Shown: positions 8,786-17,203 of the stretch, in pieces
Position numbering within the stretch: the stretch's first letter is position 1
Layout of the letters: each line of letters opens with the position of its first letter
Source of the DNA: Candidatus Shapirobacteria bacterium
GTDB taxonomy: Bacteria; Patescibacteriota; Microgenomatia; UBA12405
Length of the DNA stretch: 64,000 bases
Reading direction: 5' to 3'
Assembly: GCA_041649835.1 (NCBI GenBank)
Contig: JBAZML010000002.1
Span: 3,318 to 67,317 of the forward strand
Notes under the pieces: generated by a model
Told to the model about the DNA's origin: nothing
What the model saw: the letters and a program-made list of their open reading frames with translations, nothing else
Database searches by the model: none
Made by a program: the position numbers and the translations under genes

Positions 8786-9577
8786 TTGTCTAAAAGAATT
8801 TTAATAACCGGCGGAAGTGGGTATATAGGAACAAATCTTACAACATTTTTAGAAGGTAAAGGCTTTGTTGTAGGTAATGTAGATAAGAAACTCGGAATAT
8901 ATGCAGAACATTTAAGACTTCCTAAAAAACATGATTTATTTGCTATAATTCATTTAGCTGCTCTCGCTGGGGTGGTAGAATGCGACCAGAATCCAGCACA
9001 GGCGGTTAAGGATAATATCATAGCTTCTATGAATATATTTTCTTTGGCTGCAGAACATAATATTCCGGTAATTGTAGCCTCCTCTCAGGCGGTTCAAAAG
9101 CCTATGTCTTCAGTGTACGCTTTCACAAAATACACAATGGAGCAGTACACCAAACACTATTTTGAAGCTAACATAAAACTATTAAGATTCGCTAATGTGT
9201 ATGGTGGTCAGAATTACCTGGAGACTAAAAATTCGGTTATAGCCTGCTTTGTCCAGAGGGCGCTAAAAAATGAACCGTTAGTAATAGACGGTACTGGTTC
9301 ACACTCGCGGGACTTTATCCACGTAGATGATATATCTAACGCAATTTTTCTGGCGATGTTTTGTAGACAATCCTGCGATTCTCCGGTGGACATAGGAACT
9401 GGTAAATTGACCACTATGAAAGAGCTTGCAGACATGATTTCCGATAACCAGACATATGACCCAGGAAATCCTAGAGCTATAAGTACCTCCCCAATAAATC
9501 CCAGCCCCGCAAAAGACTTTTTCGGATTCGAAGCAAAAATATCAGTTAAAGATTATATAAGTAGTTTAAAATTTTAG
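8786..9577 (+). CDS. NAD-dependent epimerase/dehydratase (extended SDR)
   Basis: TGGSGYIG, HLAA, YxxxK (YAFTK), RFANVYG, RDFIHVDD. Confidence 0.92.
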   Translation: MSKRILITGGSGYIGTNLTTFLEGKGFVVGNVDKKLGIYAEHLRLPKKHDLFAIIHLAALAGVVECDQNPAQAVKDNIIASMNIFSLAAEHNIPVIVASSQAVQKPMSSVYAFTKYTMEQYTKHYFEANIKLLRFANVYGGQNYLETKNSVIACFVQRALKNEPLVIDGTGSHSRDFIHVDDISNAIFLAMFCRQSCDSPVDIGTGKLTTMKELADMISDNQTYDPGNPRAISTSPINPSPAKDFFGFEAKISVKDYISSLKF

Positions 9578-9604
9578 CTTATCTGCCATGAGTAGAAAAA
9601 GTAA

Positions 9605-9635
9605 TGAGGGGGCCACTAAGGCCCCCTCAGCTTTT
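9605..9635. terminator. GC-rich hairpin terminator between convergent genes
   Basis: TGAGGGGGCC-ACTAA-GGCCCCCTCA. Confidence 0.75.
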
Positions 9636-9717
9636 GGATTAGTCTTTTCTGTAGATTTCAATATCATCAGAAATTTTCTTTAATATGAGGTAAAGAAAAG
9701 CTTCGGTTTTCTTATTT

Positions 9718-9930
9718 TCAATTAAATCGCCCCTCAGGAAGCAACTCTAATTCAGAAACTCCAGGAAAACTGCGACCAGGAATATTTCCGGCACCAAATT
9801 CTTTTACCCAACGTTTGTGATTTTCAATATGTTCCTGTTTAAATTTAACCACATCACCTACTTTCCACCTTCTTTGATCATAGCACGTGCCCCTGTCATA
9901 ACCACATATGTCGCATTTAAGATTTTTCAT
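9718..9930 (-). CDS. small early hypothetical protein
   Basis: Directly downstream of the early cassette and GGAGG. The likely start is ATG at 9930. Confidence 0.65.
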   Translation of the reverse strand: MKNLKCDICGYDRGTCYDQRRWKVGDVVKFKQEHIENHKRWVKEFGAGNIPGRSFPGVSELELLPEGRFN

Positions 9931-9935
9931 GACTA

Positions 9936-9983
9936 CCTCCAAAGTTTTAGTTTATTATATACCCGGAAGCCAATTTCTGAAAC
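9936..9983 (-). promoter_or_regulatory. repeated early promoter-RBS cassette
   Basis: GTTTCAGAAA-N-TATAATAAACTAAAACTTTGGAGG on the minus strand. Confidence 0.8.
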
Positions 9984-9990
9984 AAGTTTT

Positions 9991-10563
9991 TTACATTTCG
10001 ATAAAAACTTCATATAATTCTGGACTCCAGTTTTCCGTAAGATATTTTTTGGCTCTATCCCAAAATTCCCGTACTGAACACTTGTACCATTCTTCGCACC
10101 CCACTCCTTTTACTGGAGAAAAGCGGCACCAAATTTCATCGGTCATTTTAAGATAGATTCTTTTATAATGTCTTTTAAATTTTTTGTTAAGAATGGTTCC
10201 TTGATACGCCCAATGAATGTCATATGCTGAATCATACCAAAAATTTTTTGATTTATAGTGTTTAACGTCTAATTTTTTAAATTCATTGAGTTTAAGAAGT
10301 TCTTCGGTTCCTAATTTAGTATGTAAGTCTTCTAAATTATTAAGTTTTTCCTGTTCCTCTTTCGTAAAGTCTAATCTTCCGTTACCACCACCTAAAAAAT
10401 GTAATTCAGAAGAAAACTGAATTGGAATAGCCCAGATTCCTCTTTTAGCTGGGGTAGTGTTTCCTTCTCTATGAGTTTGGTATTGACCATTAACTGGGCC
10501 CAGTCTCACAAAAATATGTTTTTCGCTAGGTTTTCTCATAGAACGTTTTCTGAAGTTCTTCAT
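9991..10563 (-). CDS. early hypothetical protein, probably leaderless
   Basis: 190 aa ORF. TATAAT lies 7 nt upstream of the ATG, with no RBS. Confidence 0.7.
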   Translation of the reverse strand: MKNFRKRSMRKPSEKHIFVRLGPVNGQYQTHREGNTTPAKRGIWAIPIQFSSELHFLGGGNGRLDFTKEEQEKLNNLEDLHTKLGTEELLKLNEFKKLDVKHYKSKNFWYDSAYDIHWAYQGTILNKKFKRHYKRIYLKMTDEIWCRFSPVKGVGCEEWYKCSVREFWDRAKKYLTENWSPELYEVFIEM

Positions 10564-10570
10564 AATGGTT

Positions 10571-10600
10571 ATTATACCATAATATGAAACTTTCTGAAAC
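10571..10600 (-). promoter_or_regulatory. early promoter (GTTTCAGAAA...TGGTATAAT)
   Basis: Same -35 box as the repeated cassette, 17 nt spacer. Confidence 0.7.
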
Positions 10601-10606
10601 CAGATT

Positions 10607-10649
10607 TATAAATATTATATTTACATTTTTCCACTATATAGTATAAATA
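10607..10649 (+). promoter_or_regulatory. two T4-type late promoter boxes (TATAAATA) plus TTTACA box
   Basis: TATAAATA at 10607-10614 and 10642-10649, upstream of the small terminase. Confidence 0.7.
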
Positions 10650-10655
10650 TAATAT

Positions 10656-11036
10656 ATGGACGACGTTTTCAATATACCAGAAGAAAAAGAGTCCCCAGAG
10701 GATTTACTAAGGGCAAACATAGAGAAAGCTAATGAAATATTAAATATAGCCATGTCTAATATTTCAGCTGGGCTGGCAACGCCGAGAATGCTAGAAGTGG
10801 CCGCCAAATTAGTGGACTCAGTTACAAACGCAGCAGAAAAATTAATTGGGGCCGGGTTCGATCTAGAGAGTTTACTTTTAAAAGAGCGTTTGATAAAATT
10901 AAAAGAAAAGGAATTAATGTTGAAATCTAATACGGACGGAGTCCCAAAAACTTTGAATCAGAACATAATCGTGAGTAGCAGAGAAGACCTTCTAAAGCTA
11001 TTTCAATCTAAAAAGGGGAATGAGAATGATGAATGA
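10656..11036 (+). CDS. gp16: terminase small subunit (T4 gp16-like)
   Basis: PRMLEVAAKL and NQNIIVSSREDLLK match the gp16 PRxxEV and C-terminal patterns. Confidence 0.75.
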   Translation: MDDVFNIPEEKESPEDLLRANIEKANEILNIAMSNISAGLATPRMLEVAAKLVDSVTNAAEKLIGAGFDLESLLLKERLIKLKEKELMLKSNTDGVPKTLNQNIIVSSREDLLKLFQSKKGNENDE

Positions 11037-12975
11037 AAAGGATTTTAGAGAAGTTATTATTTCTCAAAGATCAAAATCAAAAGTAGAAGAATGGGCAGGT
11101 GCAGCTTTAGATTATTTGTATTTAGTAAAAGAAAATCCTGAGATTGCGCAATTTGCTCCTAGCAGATTGTATAATGCATTAATGAAATATGGTACAGAAC
11201 CTATCGACGATGATAATAAAATTAGAGGATATGAGGATCTTATAAAGTATAATTATTTTGATGATAAGATTTATGGTACTCAGGAATCTTTACATGATAT
11301 TATGAAATTTTTTAAGGCCTCTGCTCGTAGGACAGAAACCGGCAGAAGAATTCTTATTCTGGTAGGCCCAGTATCTTCAGGTAAAAGTACAATAGCTTAT
11401 ATTCTTAAAAGATGTTTAGAGAATGATGACACCCCAGCCTACGAGATTTCTGGGTGCCCAATCCACGAAGATCCCATTCATCTAATTCCTCTTGGGGACC
11501 GGCCATTTTGGGAAGAGCAACTGGGAATTAAAATAGAGGGCAGTCTATGTCCTATTTGCCAAATGAAAATTGACGAAGACTATAGAGGCGAATGGGAAAG
11601 AGTTCCTGTTAACAGATTCGCCTTTAATGAACAAAGAAGAGTTGGTATTGGTACTTTTCAGCCTTCTGATCCTAAGTCGCAAGATGTAAGTGAACTTATT
11701 GGAAGAGTTGATTATTCTAAAATGACTATGTACTCAGAAACTGATCCTAGGGCTTTTAAATTTAATGGTGAGCTTCAAGTAGCCAACCGCGGTATTATTG
11801 ATTTTATCGAACTTTTAAAGACTGATACTAAACTACTTTATGTTTTGATTACTGCAGCACAGGAACAACTCATTAAAAGTCCTGGCTTTCCTCAAATGTA
11901 TATAGATGTTATTTTATTAGCTCATACAAATGAGAGTGAATACTCGAGCTTTAAAGCTGATAAAAAGTCAGAGGCGATTCATGATCGTATGTATCCGATT
12001 ATGGTACCATGGAATCTTAGAGTAGATAATGAAATCCAAATCTATAAGAAACTGATTAAAGAAAGTGAATTTAAAAATATTCATATTTCTCCTTTAGCTC
12101 TAGAAGTAGCGGCTAAATTTGCAGTATTAACACGCCTTAAAAAGTCTACCAAAGTTTCTTCTCTTATTGAAAAAATGAGACTATATAATAATGAAGCACC
12201 TGAGGGATTTAAAAGAGAAGAGATCGATATTAAAGAACTTAGACAAGAAGGCAGAGAAAACGCCGAAGGTATGACCGGTATTTCTCCGAGATTTATTATG
12301 AATGCTTTGAATATCGCCTTAGCTTCTAAAGAAGACAAAACTTGTATCAATGCTTTGGATGTTATTCGTAGTTTGAATCACAACTTTGAACATCATATTG
12401 GATATACTCCAGAAGAAAAGGCAAATTACCAAGCTTTGTTACTCGCAGATAAGGATTCAGTATTAGCCGAATTTAAAACTTTAGCTAAAAAAGAAGTTCA
12501 ATTGGCTTTTATCTCTGCCTATGATGATCAAGTCCAGAACTTATTTGCTAATTATCTTAAGAACGCTTTAGCGTATTGCAAGAAAGAGAAAGTAAAGGAC
12601 GATGTTCTTGGAGAATTTTCTGATCCTGATGAAAAACTAATGAGAAGTATTGAAGAATCTATCGGAGTTCCTATTAACTCTGTTAAAGAATTTAGACAAG
12701 CTATTTTCGTGCAGAAGAGTTCTTGTCTTGAACGCGGAGAAAAGTTTGACTACACTACATATACTCCATTGAAAGAAGCTATTGAACATAAGTTAATGAA
12801 CGATCTTAAGAACGTGGTTTCTTTAACTCTTTGTGATCCTGCTAAATCTCAAGACAAAAAGATCGTAAAGAAGAGGCAAGAAGTTTTAGATACTCTTAAG
12901 GAACGTGGTTATTGCGAATATTGTGCTTACGCTTTGCTTCAGTATGTTGAAGCTTTACTACGGAAAGAATCGTAA
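11020..12975 (+). CDS. prkA: PrkA/YeaG family AAA+ ATPase (annotated as serine protein kinase)
   Basis: Walker A GPVSSGKST, CPIHEDP, GIGTFQPSDPKSQD, GELQVANRG, AHTNE, C-terminal GYCxxCA. The start may be 11026 or 11029. Confidence 0.95.
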   Translation: MRMMNEKDFREVIISQRSKSKVEEWAGAALDYLYLVKENPEIAQFAPSRLYNALMKYGTEPIDDDNKIRGYEDLIKYNYFDDKIYGTQESLHDIMKFFKASARRTETGRRILILVGPVSSGKSTIAYILKRCLENDDTPAYEISGCPIHEDPIHLIPLGDRPFWEEQLGIKIEGSLCPICQMKIDEDYRGEWERVPVNRFAFNEQRRVGIGTFQPSDPKSQDVSELIGRVDYSKMTMYSETDPRAFKFNGELQVANRGIIDFIELLKTDTKLLYVLITAAQEQLIKSPGFPQMYIDVILLAHTNESEYSSFKADKKSEAIHDRMYPIMVPWNLRVDNEIQIYKKLIKESEFKNIHISPLALEVAAKFAVLTRLKKSTKVSSLIEKMRLYNNEAPEGFKREEIDIKELRQEGRENAEGMTGISPRFIMNALNIALASKEDKTCINALDVIRSLNHNFEHHIGYTPEEKANYQALLLADKDSVLAEFKTLAKKEVQLAFISAYDDQVQNLFANYLKNALAYCKKEKVKDDVLGEFSDPDEKLMRSIEESIGVPINSVKEFRQAIFVQKSSCLERGEKFDYTTYTPLKEAIEHKLMNDLKNVVSLTLCDPAKSQDKKIVKKRQEVLDTLKERGYCEYCAYALLQYVEALLRKES

Positions 12976-12985
12976 GGTAAAACAT

Positions 12986-14305
12986 ATGTCGATAGTTGTC
13001 CATGATTCTTGGGATCTTTCTGAAAAGTGTAGAAAAGATCGCCAACGCCATAATGAGAAAGTAGATAAGGCTATACGTGATGCTGCTAGAGATACTTTAG
13101 CTGATGAATCTATTATCACTAAACGTGGCGAACGTACTGTAAGAATCCCGGTAAAGGGTCTTAAGGAATGGAGATTTATTTTCGACCATAACCAAAAAGG
13201 AAAGAAAATTGGTGGAGCAGGCCAAGGTAAAATAAAGCCTGGAGATACGATAGCAAAAAAGAATCTAGATCAAGAAGGTAAAGCTGGAAATCAACCTGGA
13301 GAAGATATTATAGAAGTAGATGTGTCTCTAGAATATCTTCTCGAAATTATGTTTGAAGAACTAGGTTTACCTAATCTAGAAGACAAAGAAAAGATCGAGA
13401 ATTTAGTTTCTGCGGGATTTAAATTTGATTCTATAGCTAAAAAGGGTATTCATTCTCAGTTACATAAAAAGAAAACTATCCTAGAAAGTATCAAAAGATT
13501 TGCTGCAGATATACGAGAACTTATGTTAGCCGGGAAGTGTTCAGAAGATGATGCAAAAAGAGCCTACTACCAAGCTAAACATGATCTTAAAAAGGCTTTA
13601 AAAATAATTTTAACAAACTCTATTGATAAGTATATCGACCCTAATTTAATGAATCCTATGATTAATGATGAGGATCTTAGATTTAGGAGGGTAGAAGAGA
13701 ATTTTATTCCTCAAAGTAGGGCTGTAGTAATTTTAATGTGTGATTCTTCAGGTAGTATGGGACAAGAAAAGAAGTATTTAATGAGATCCTTATTTTTTTG
13801 GCTCACACAATTTGTCAGACAATGTTATGAATATGTGGAAATAAGGTTTATAACACATGATACAACAGCGAAGCTTGTGGACGAGGATGAATTCTTTAAG
13901 AAAGGAGAATCCGGGGGTACTTATTGTTATACAGCTTTTGAAATGGCGAATCATTTATTGCAAACTGTGTATCCTGTAGAAGCCTGGAACGCCTTTTGTT
14001 TATACTGCAGTGACGGTGACTCATGGGATGTGAAAAAAGATATAGCGGCTTTAAATCATCTTATAGATTCCGGACTAAGTTTGTTTGGGTACTATGAAAC
14101 TCATCCATCAGAAGTTAGGTTCTATGGATTTGATGATGGGGAACTACTCTCAGACATTATAGACGAATTTGATCTTAAAATTTTGGATATAGGTAAAAAT
14201 CAAGAGTTCTATAAAAATGTTGATAAACGAATGGTCGCAGGTATAATAAGAAGTAAAGAAGATGTATTTCCAGCACTCAAAGCTACTCTATATGGAAAGA
14301 GGTGA
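12986..14305 (+). CDS. yeaH: YeaH/YhbH (DUF444) vWA-domain protein
   Basis: N-terminal DRxRH, AGNQPGED, DLRFR, MIDAS CDSSGSMG, ESGGT, SDGD. Start moved to ATG 12986. Confidence 0.92.
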   Translation: MSIVVHDSWDLSEKCRKDRQRHNEKVDKAIRDAARDTLADESIITKRGERTVRIPVKGLKEWRFIFDHNQKGKKIGGAGQGKIKPGDTIAKKNLDQEGKAGNQPGEDIIEVDVSLEYLLEIMFEELGLPNLEDKEKIENLVSAGFKFDSIAKKGIHSQLHKKKTILESIKRFAADIRELMLAGKCSEDDAKRAYYQAKHDLKKALKIILTNSIDKYIDPNLMNPMINDEDLRFRRVEENFIPQSRAVVILMCDSSGSMGQEKKYLMRSLFFWLTQFVRQCYEYVEIRFITHDTTAKLVDEDEFFKKGESGGTYCYTAFEMANHLLQTVYPVEAWNAFCLYCSDGDSWDVKKDIAALNHLIDSGLSLFGYYETHPSEVRFYGFDDGELLSDIIDEFDLKILDIGKNQEFYKNVDKRMVAGIIRSKEDVFPALKATLYGKR

Positions 14306-14308
14306 TAT

Positions 14309-14401
14309 ATGATAGGATTTATTTTAGGGTTATTAGGGGGTTTATTCGTCGGTCATTTTTTAAGTAAAATGCTTCAAAAACTGTTAAATAAAGAGAGGTG
14401 A
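14309..14401 (+). CDS. small membrane peptide (30 aa)
   Basis: MIGFILGLLGGLFVGHFL..., GAGG RBS. Confidence 0.5.
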   Translation: MIGFILGLLGGLFVGHFLSKMLQKLLNKER

Positions 14402-14404
14402 TTT

Positions 14405-14533
14405 ATGATTATTGACTGGTACAGGTTCGGCTTCTTTTGTCTTTGTTTATTTGGGTCATTCTTTGCTAGTGGTATTCATGGAATTATTTGGTTTATGGCA
14501 GGAATAACTTACGTAAATATATGTGAGAGTTAA
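14405..14533 (+). CDS. small membrane peptide (42 aa)
   Basis: MIIDWYRFGFFCLCLFGSFF..., GAGG RBS. Confidence 0.45.
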   Translation: MIIDWYRFGFFCLCLFGSFFASGIHGIIWFMAGITYVNICES

Positions 14534-14535
14534 AG

Positions 14536-15030
14536 ATGAAAAAATGTGAACTATGTGGGGAGACTAGGATATTTCAGGACGATCCTACTGATAATGGATA
14601 TAATTTTGTGGTCTTTTGTTGTTATTCTCAATATCATATAGAATTAAATGGAACACAAAAATTAATACATCAAGGTACCTTATGTAAAGACTTTATGTTA
14701 TATAAACTTAAAAATTCTAGTCCGCATAATGAGTTATCAAACTCTGAAGCAGAAAGGCTTGCGTGGCTTCTCGAAGAACTTGGAGAAGTACAACAAGCAA
14801 TAGGTAAAGTACAACAAGCAATAGGTAAAATACTTAGACATGGATATGATAGCAAATGGCCTCCTGATATAGGACCCTCAAATAGAGATAATTTAGAAAA
14901 AGAAATAAGAGATGTTATCAAGGTGTTAAGATTAATGGACAGATTTACAGATATTAATCTTATGAAAATCGAGAACTCAGTAACAGATGACTACTCTAGA
15001 TGTTATCTACATCACCAGGATCTATCATGA
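14536..15030 (+). CDS. mazG: MazG-like NTP pyrophosphohydrolase with N-terminal Cys domain
   Basis: LLEELGEVQQAIGKILRHG...LEKEIRDV, the EExxE...ExxD MazG-type motif. Confidence 0.7.
   Translation: MKKCELCGETRIFQDDPTDNGYNFVVFCCYSQYHIELNGTQKLIHQGTLCKDFMLYKLKNSSPHNELSNSEAERLAWLLEELGEVQQAIGKVQQAIGKILRHGYDSKWPPDIGPSNRDNLEKEIRDVIKVLRLMDRFTDINLMKIENSVTDDYSRCYLHHQDLS
14786..14827 (+). repeat. perfect 21-bp tandem duplication in mazG-like gene
   Basis: AAGTACAACAAGCAATAGGTA x2, giving VQQAIGK x2. Confidence 0.9.
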
Positions 15031-16481
15031 AACTGCAAGAAACTCAACGTCTTATTAAAATTGAAGAAAAAATTAAGCAAATCGCCTCTGAGGAGCTCGG
15101 CTTAACTTTTCCTAACATTGAGTTCGATTGTATTCCGGCAGAGAAGATGATCGAAATCATGGCTTGTAGAGGTCCTTCCCAAATATCTCATTGGTCTTAT
15201 GGAAAGAACTATGAAAAAATTAAAACAATCTATAATGAAATTACCCCCGATCTTCCTTATGAAGTTGTTATTAATTCTCTTCCACCAAGAGCATATCTTC
15301 TTAATAAGAATACCTTAGCAGTTCAGGCCTTGGTCATTGCTCATGTTTATGGACACGTTCATTTCTTTACCAAAAGTAAATTCTTTTCTAAACATAGAAG
15401 AGATATTATAGAACTCATGTCCAATGCCTCTGATAGGTTTAGTAAATACGAAAAGAAATATGGTATTGAAAACGTAGAACCCATTATTGATGCTGGGCTG
15501 GCTTTACAACAACATGTTAATCCTTATGACGAAGAGACTGAAGAACAGAAAAGAGAACGAGTTTATGAGCACCATAAAAAGAAAATGCAACCATTTTCTC
15601 ATGAGTTCTCAGATCTGATTAACACCAATGACCGAGACCGAAATCTTGATATAGAAGCGTATAATAGTCAATTGCGGCTAGCTCTTAAAAATCTAATTCC
15701 AGTAGAGCCAACGGAGGATATTCTACGGTTTATTATTGATAATTCTAGAAACCTTGATGATTGGGAAAAGGATATACTCGAAATTATTAGGGAAGAGGGT
15801 ATGTACTATCACCCAGTTATTAAGACAAAAACAATTAATGAGGGATTTTCCGTCTTTGTGCACCAAAAGATTATGCAAAGACTTTTTGAGTTAAAATTGC
15901 TTACCCAAGAAGAACACGGTCAATACGCGGTAAGTAATTCTCTAGTAAAAGCTCAATCTATGTTTTCCATTAATCCTTATCTAGTAGGGTCTAAGATGTT
16001 AGAAGATATTGAAGACAGATGGAATAAGGGCAAATTTGGAAAAGAATGGGAGAATTGCGAAAATATAACAATAAAAAAGAGTTGGAATAAGAATCTAGGT
16101 TTGGGTTGGAAAAAGGTTTTAGATGTATGTGAATCTTATAATGATTGGTTGTTTATGCAAGATTTTTTAACTACAGACTTAATAGAAGAGTTGGAATTAT
16201 TTATTTATCAGCAGATAGAGACCAGGGACGAAATTAGATTAGTTAGAACAGAACATACTCTAGAAGAGATTAAACAAATGATTTTAATGAGTTATGCTTT
16301 GTCTTATACCCCTAAAATAGAGGTTATAGAAGGAAGAAAAGAATTAATTTTAAGGCATGAATATTTTGGAAATAATCTAGATACTAAATATGCTATGGAG
16401 ACTATAAAACATGTAACAAGACTCTGGGGAGATAAAGTCTTGTTACATACTAGAGATGGAGAAGTTGAATTGGTTTTGTAG
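15027..16481 (+). CDS. spoVR: SpoVR/YcgB family protein
   Basis: HWSYGKNY, YEVVIN, AHVYGHVHFF, KTKTINEGF, NPY. ATGA overlap with the mazG-like stop. Confidence 0.93.
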   Translation: MKLQETQRLIKIEEKIKQIASEELGLTFPNIEFDCIPAEKMIEIMACRGPSQISHWSYGKNYEKIKTIYNEITPDLPYEVVINSLPPRAYLLNKNTLAVQALVIAHVYGHVHFFTKSKFFSKHRRDIIELMSNASDRFSKYEKKYGIENVEPIIDAGLALQQHVNPYDEETEEQKRERVYEHHKKKMQPFSHEFSDLINTNDRDRNLDIEAYNSQLRLALKNLIPVEPTEDILRFIIDNSRNLDDWEKDILEIIREEGMYYHPVIKTKTINEGFSVFVHQKIMQRLFELKLLTQEEHGQYAVSNSLVKAQSMFSINPYLVGSKMLEDIEDRWNKGKFGKEWENCENITIKKSWNKNLGLGWKKVLDVCESYNDWLFMQDFLTTDLIEELELFIYQQIETRDEIRLVRTEHTLEEIKQMILMSYALSYTPKIEVIEGRKELILRHEYFGNNLDTKYAMETIKHVTRLWGDKVLLHTRDGEVELVL

Positions 16482-16482
16482 T

Positions 16483-16716
16483 CTATTTAGCAACCCACCC
16501 AGTATTACTAATTCCAGACTCTTTTACATAAAGCGAAGTATTGGCCCCACCATCCGACCTAAGATATAAACTGCCTGGAACGGCCACAATAATTCCTTCT
16601 GGAGAGCCAGTTCCCCCAGTAATTATCATATCTGTTCCGTTTATTTCAATTTTATTAGATAAAGTTATTTTATCATTACTTGCGCTAGTTAAAATATTAA
16701 CATTTAGTGTGCTCAT
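16483..16716 (-). CDS. small tail fibre/spike-tip-like protein
   Basis: GSPEG...PGSLYLRSDGG...LYVKESG..NTGW module typical of tailspike C-termini. Confidence 0.6.
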   Translation of the reverse strand: MSTLNVNILTSASNDKITLSNKIEINGTDMIITGGTGSPEGIIVAVPGSLYLRSDGGANTSLYVKESGISNTGWVAK

Positions 16717-17006
16717 TCAGTATACTCCATAATTAGATTTCCATTTTCCATTTTAGCTCTATATAATCTTCCAAGGAAAGAATTACCAGAAATAGGGTCT
16801 GTGCCGGCCCCTTTATCTTTCCATTTAGCCCCAATAGCCACCCAGTCGCCAAACGCAATCGTTCCGCCCACATACACAACCTCTTCATCCTCTACGAATA
16901 TTACCCTAGCAACATCATCTATAGTCCATATAGGCAAAGTAGGCACGTTCTGGATCCAAAGTTTTCCCACAAAGTAAAGGCCGTGGCTTTTTGTCGCGAG
17001 ACTCAT
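16713..17006 (-). CDS. putative virion accessory protein
   Basis: 97 aa, translationally coupled in the late operon. Confidence 0.55.
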   Translation of the reverse strand: MSLATKSHGLYFVGKLWIQNVPTLPIWTIDDVARVIFVEDEEVVYVGGTIAFGDWVAIGAKWKDKGAGTDPISGNSFLGRLYRAKMENGNLIMEYTE

Positions 17007-17203
17007 AGTAGTCCACCTTCAATCAAAAATTCTTGTAGTCTCTTCAATTTTTTATCCCTCACAGGTCTATCATTTTCTATTAAATTCGTAAGAATTTGGT
17101 AGTCTTCTTCAGTATAGACCTCTTTCCTTTCATCCATTTCTTTAATTCTGTTTTCCTGAATCTTTATGTTAGAAACTAGATCAAATAAAGACTTTGTGGT
17201 CAT
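17003..17203 (-). CDS. hypothetical protein
   Basis: 66 aa, ATGA overlaps at both ends. Confidence 0.6.
   Translation of the reverse strand: MTTKSLFDLVSNIKIQENRIKEMDERKEVYTEEDYQILTNLIENDRPVRDKKLKRLQEFLIEGGLL

Noticed and set aside
12905-12985. N-terminal extension of YeaH given in the ORF track (similarly 15000, 45293, 45622, 40154, 9942 starts)
   Set aside because: These overlap upstream genes or the RBS itself. Downstream ATG/GTG starts with proper RBS spacing are more plausible.
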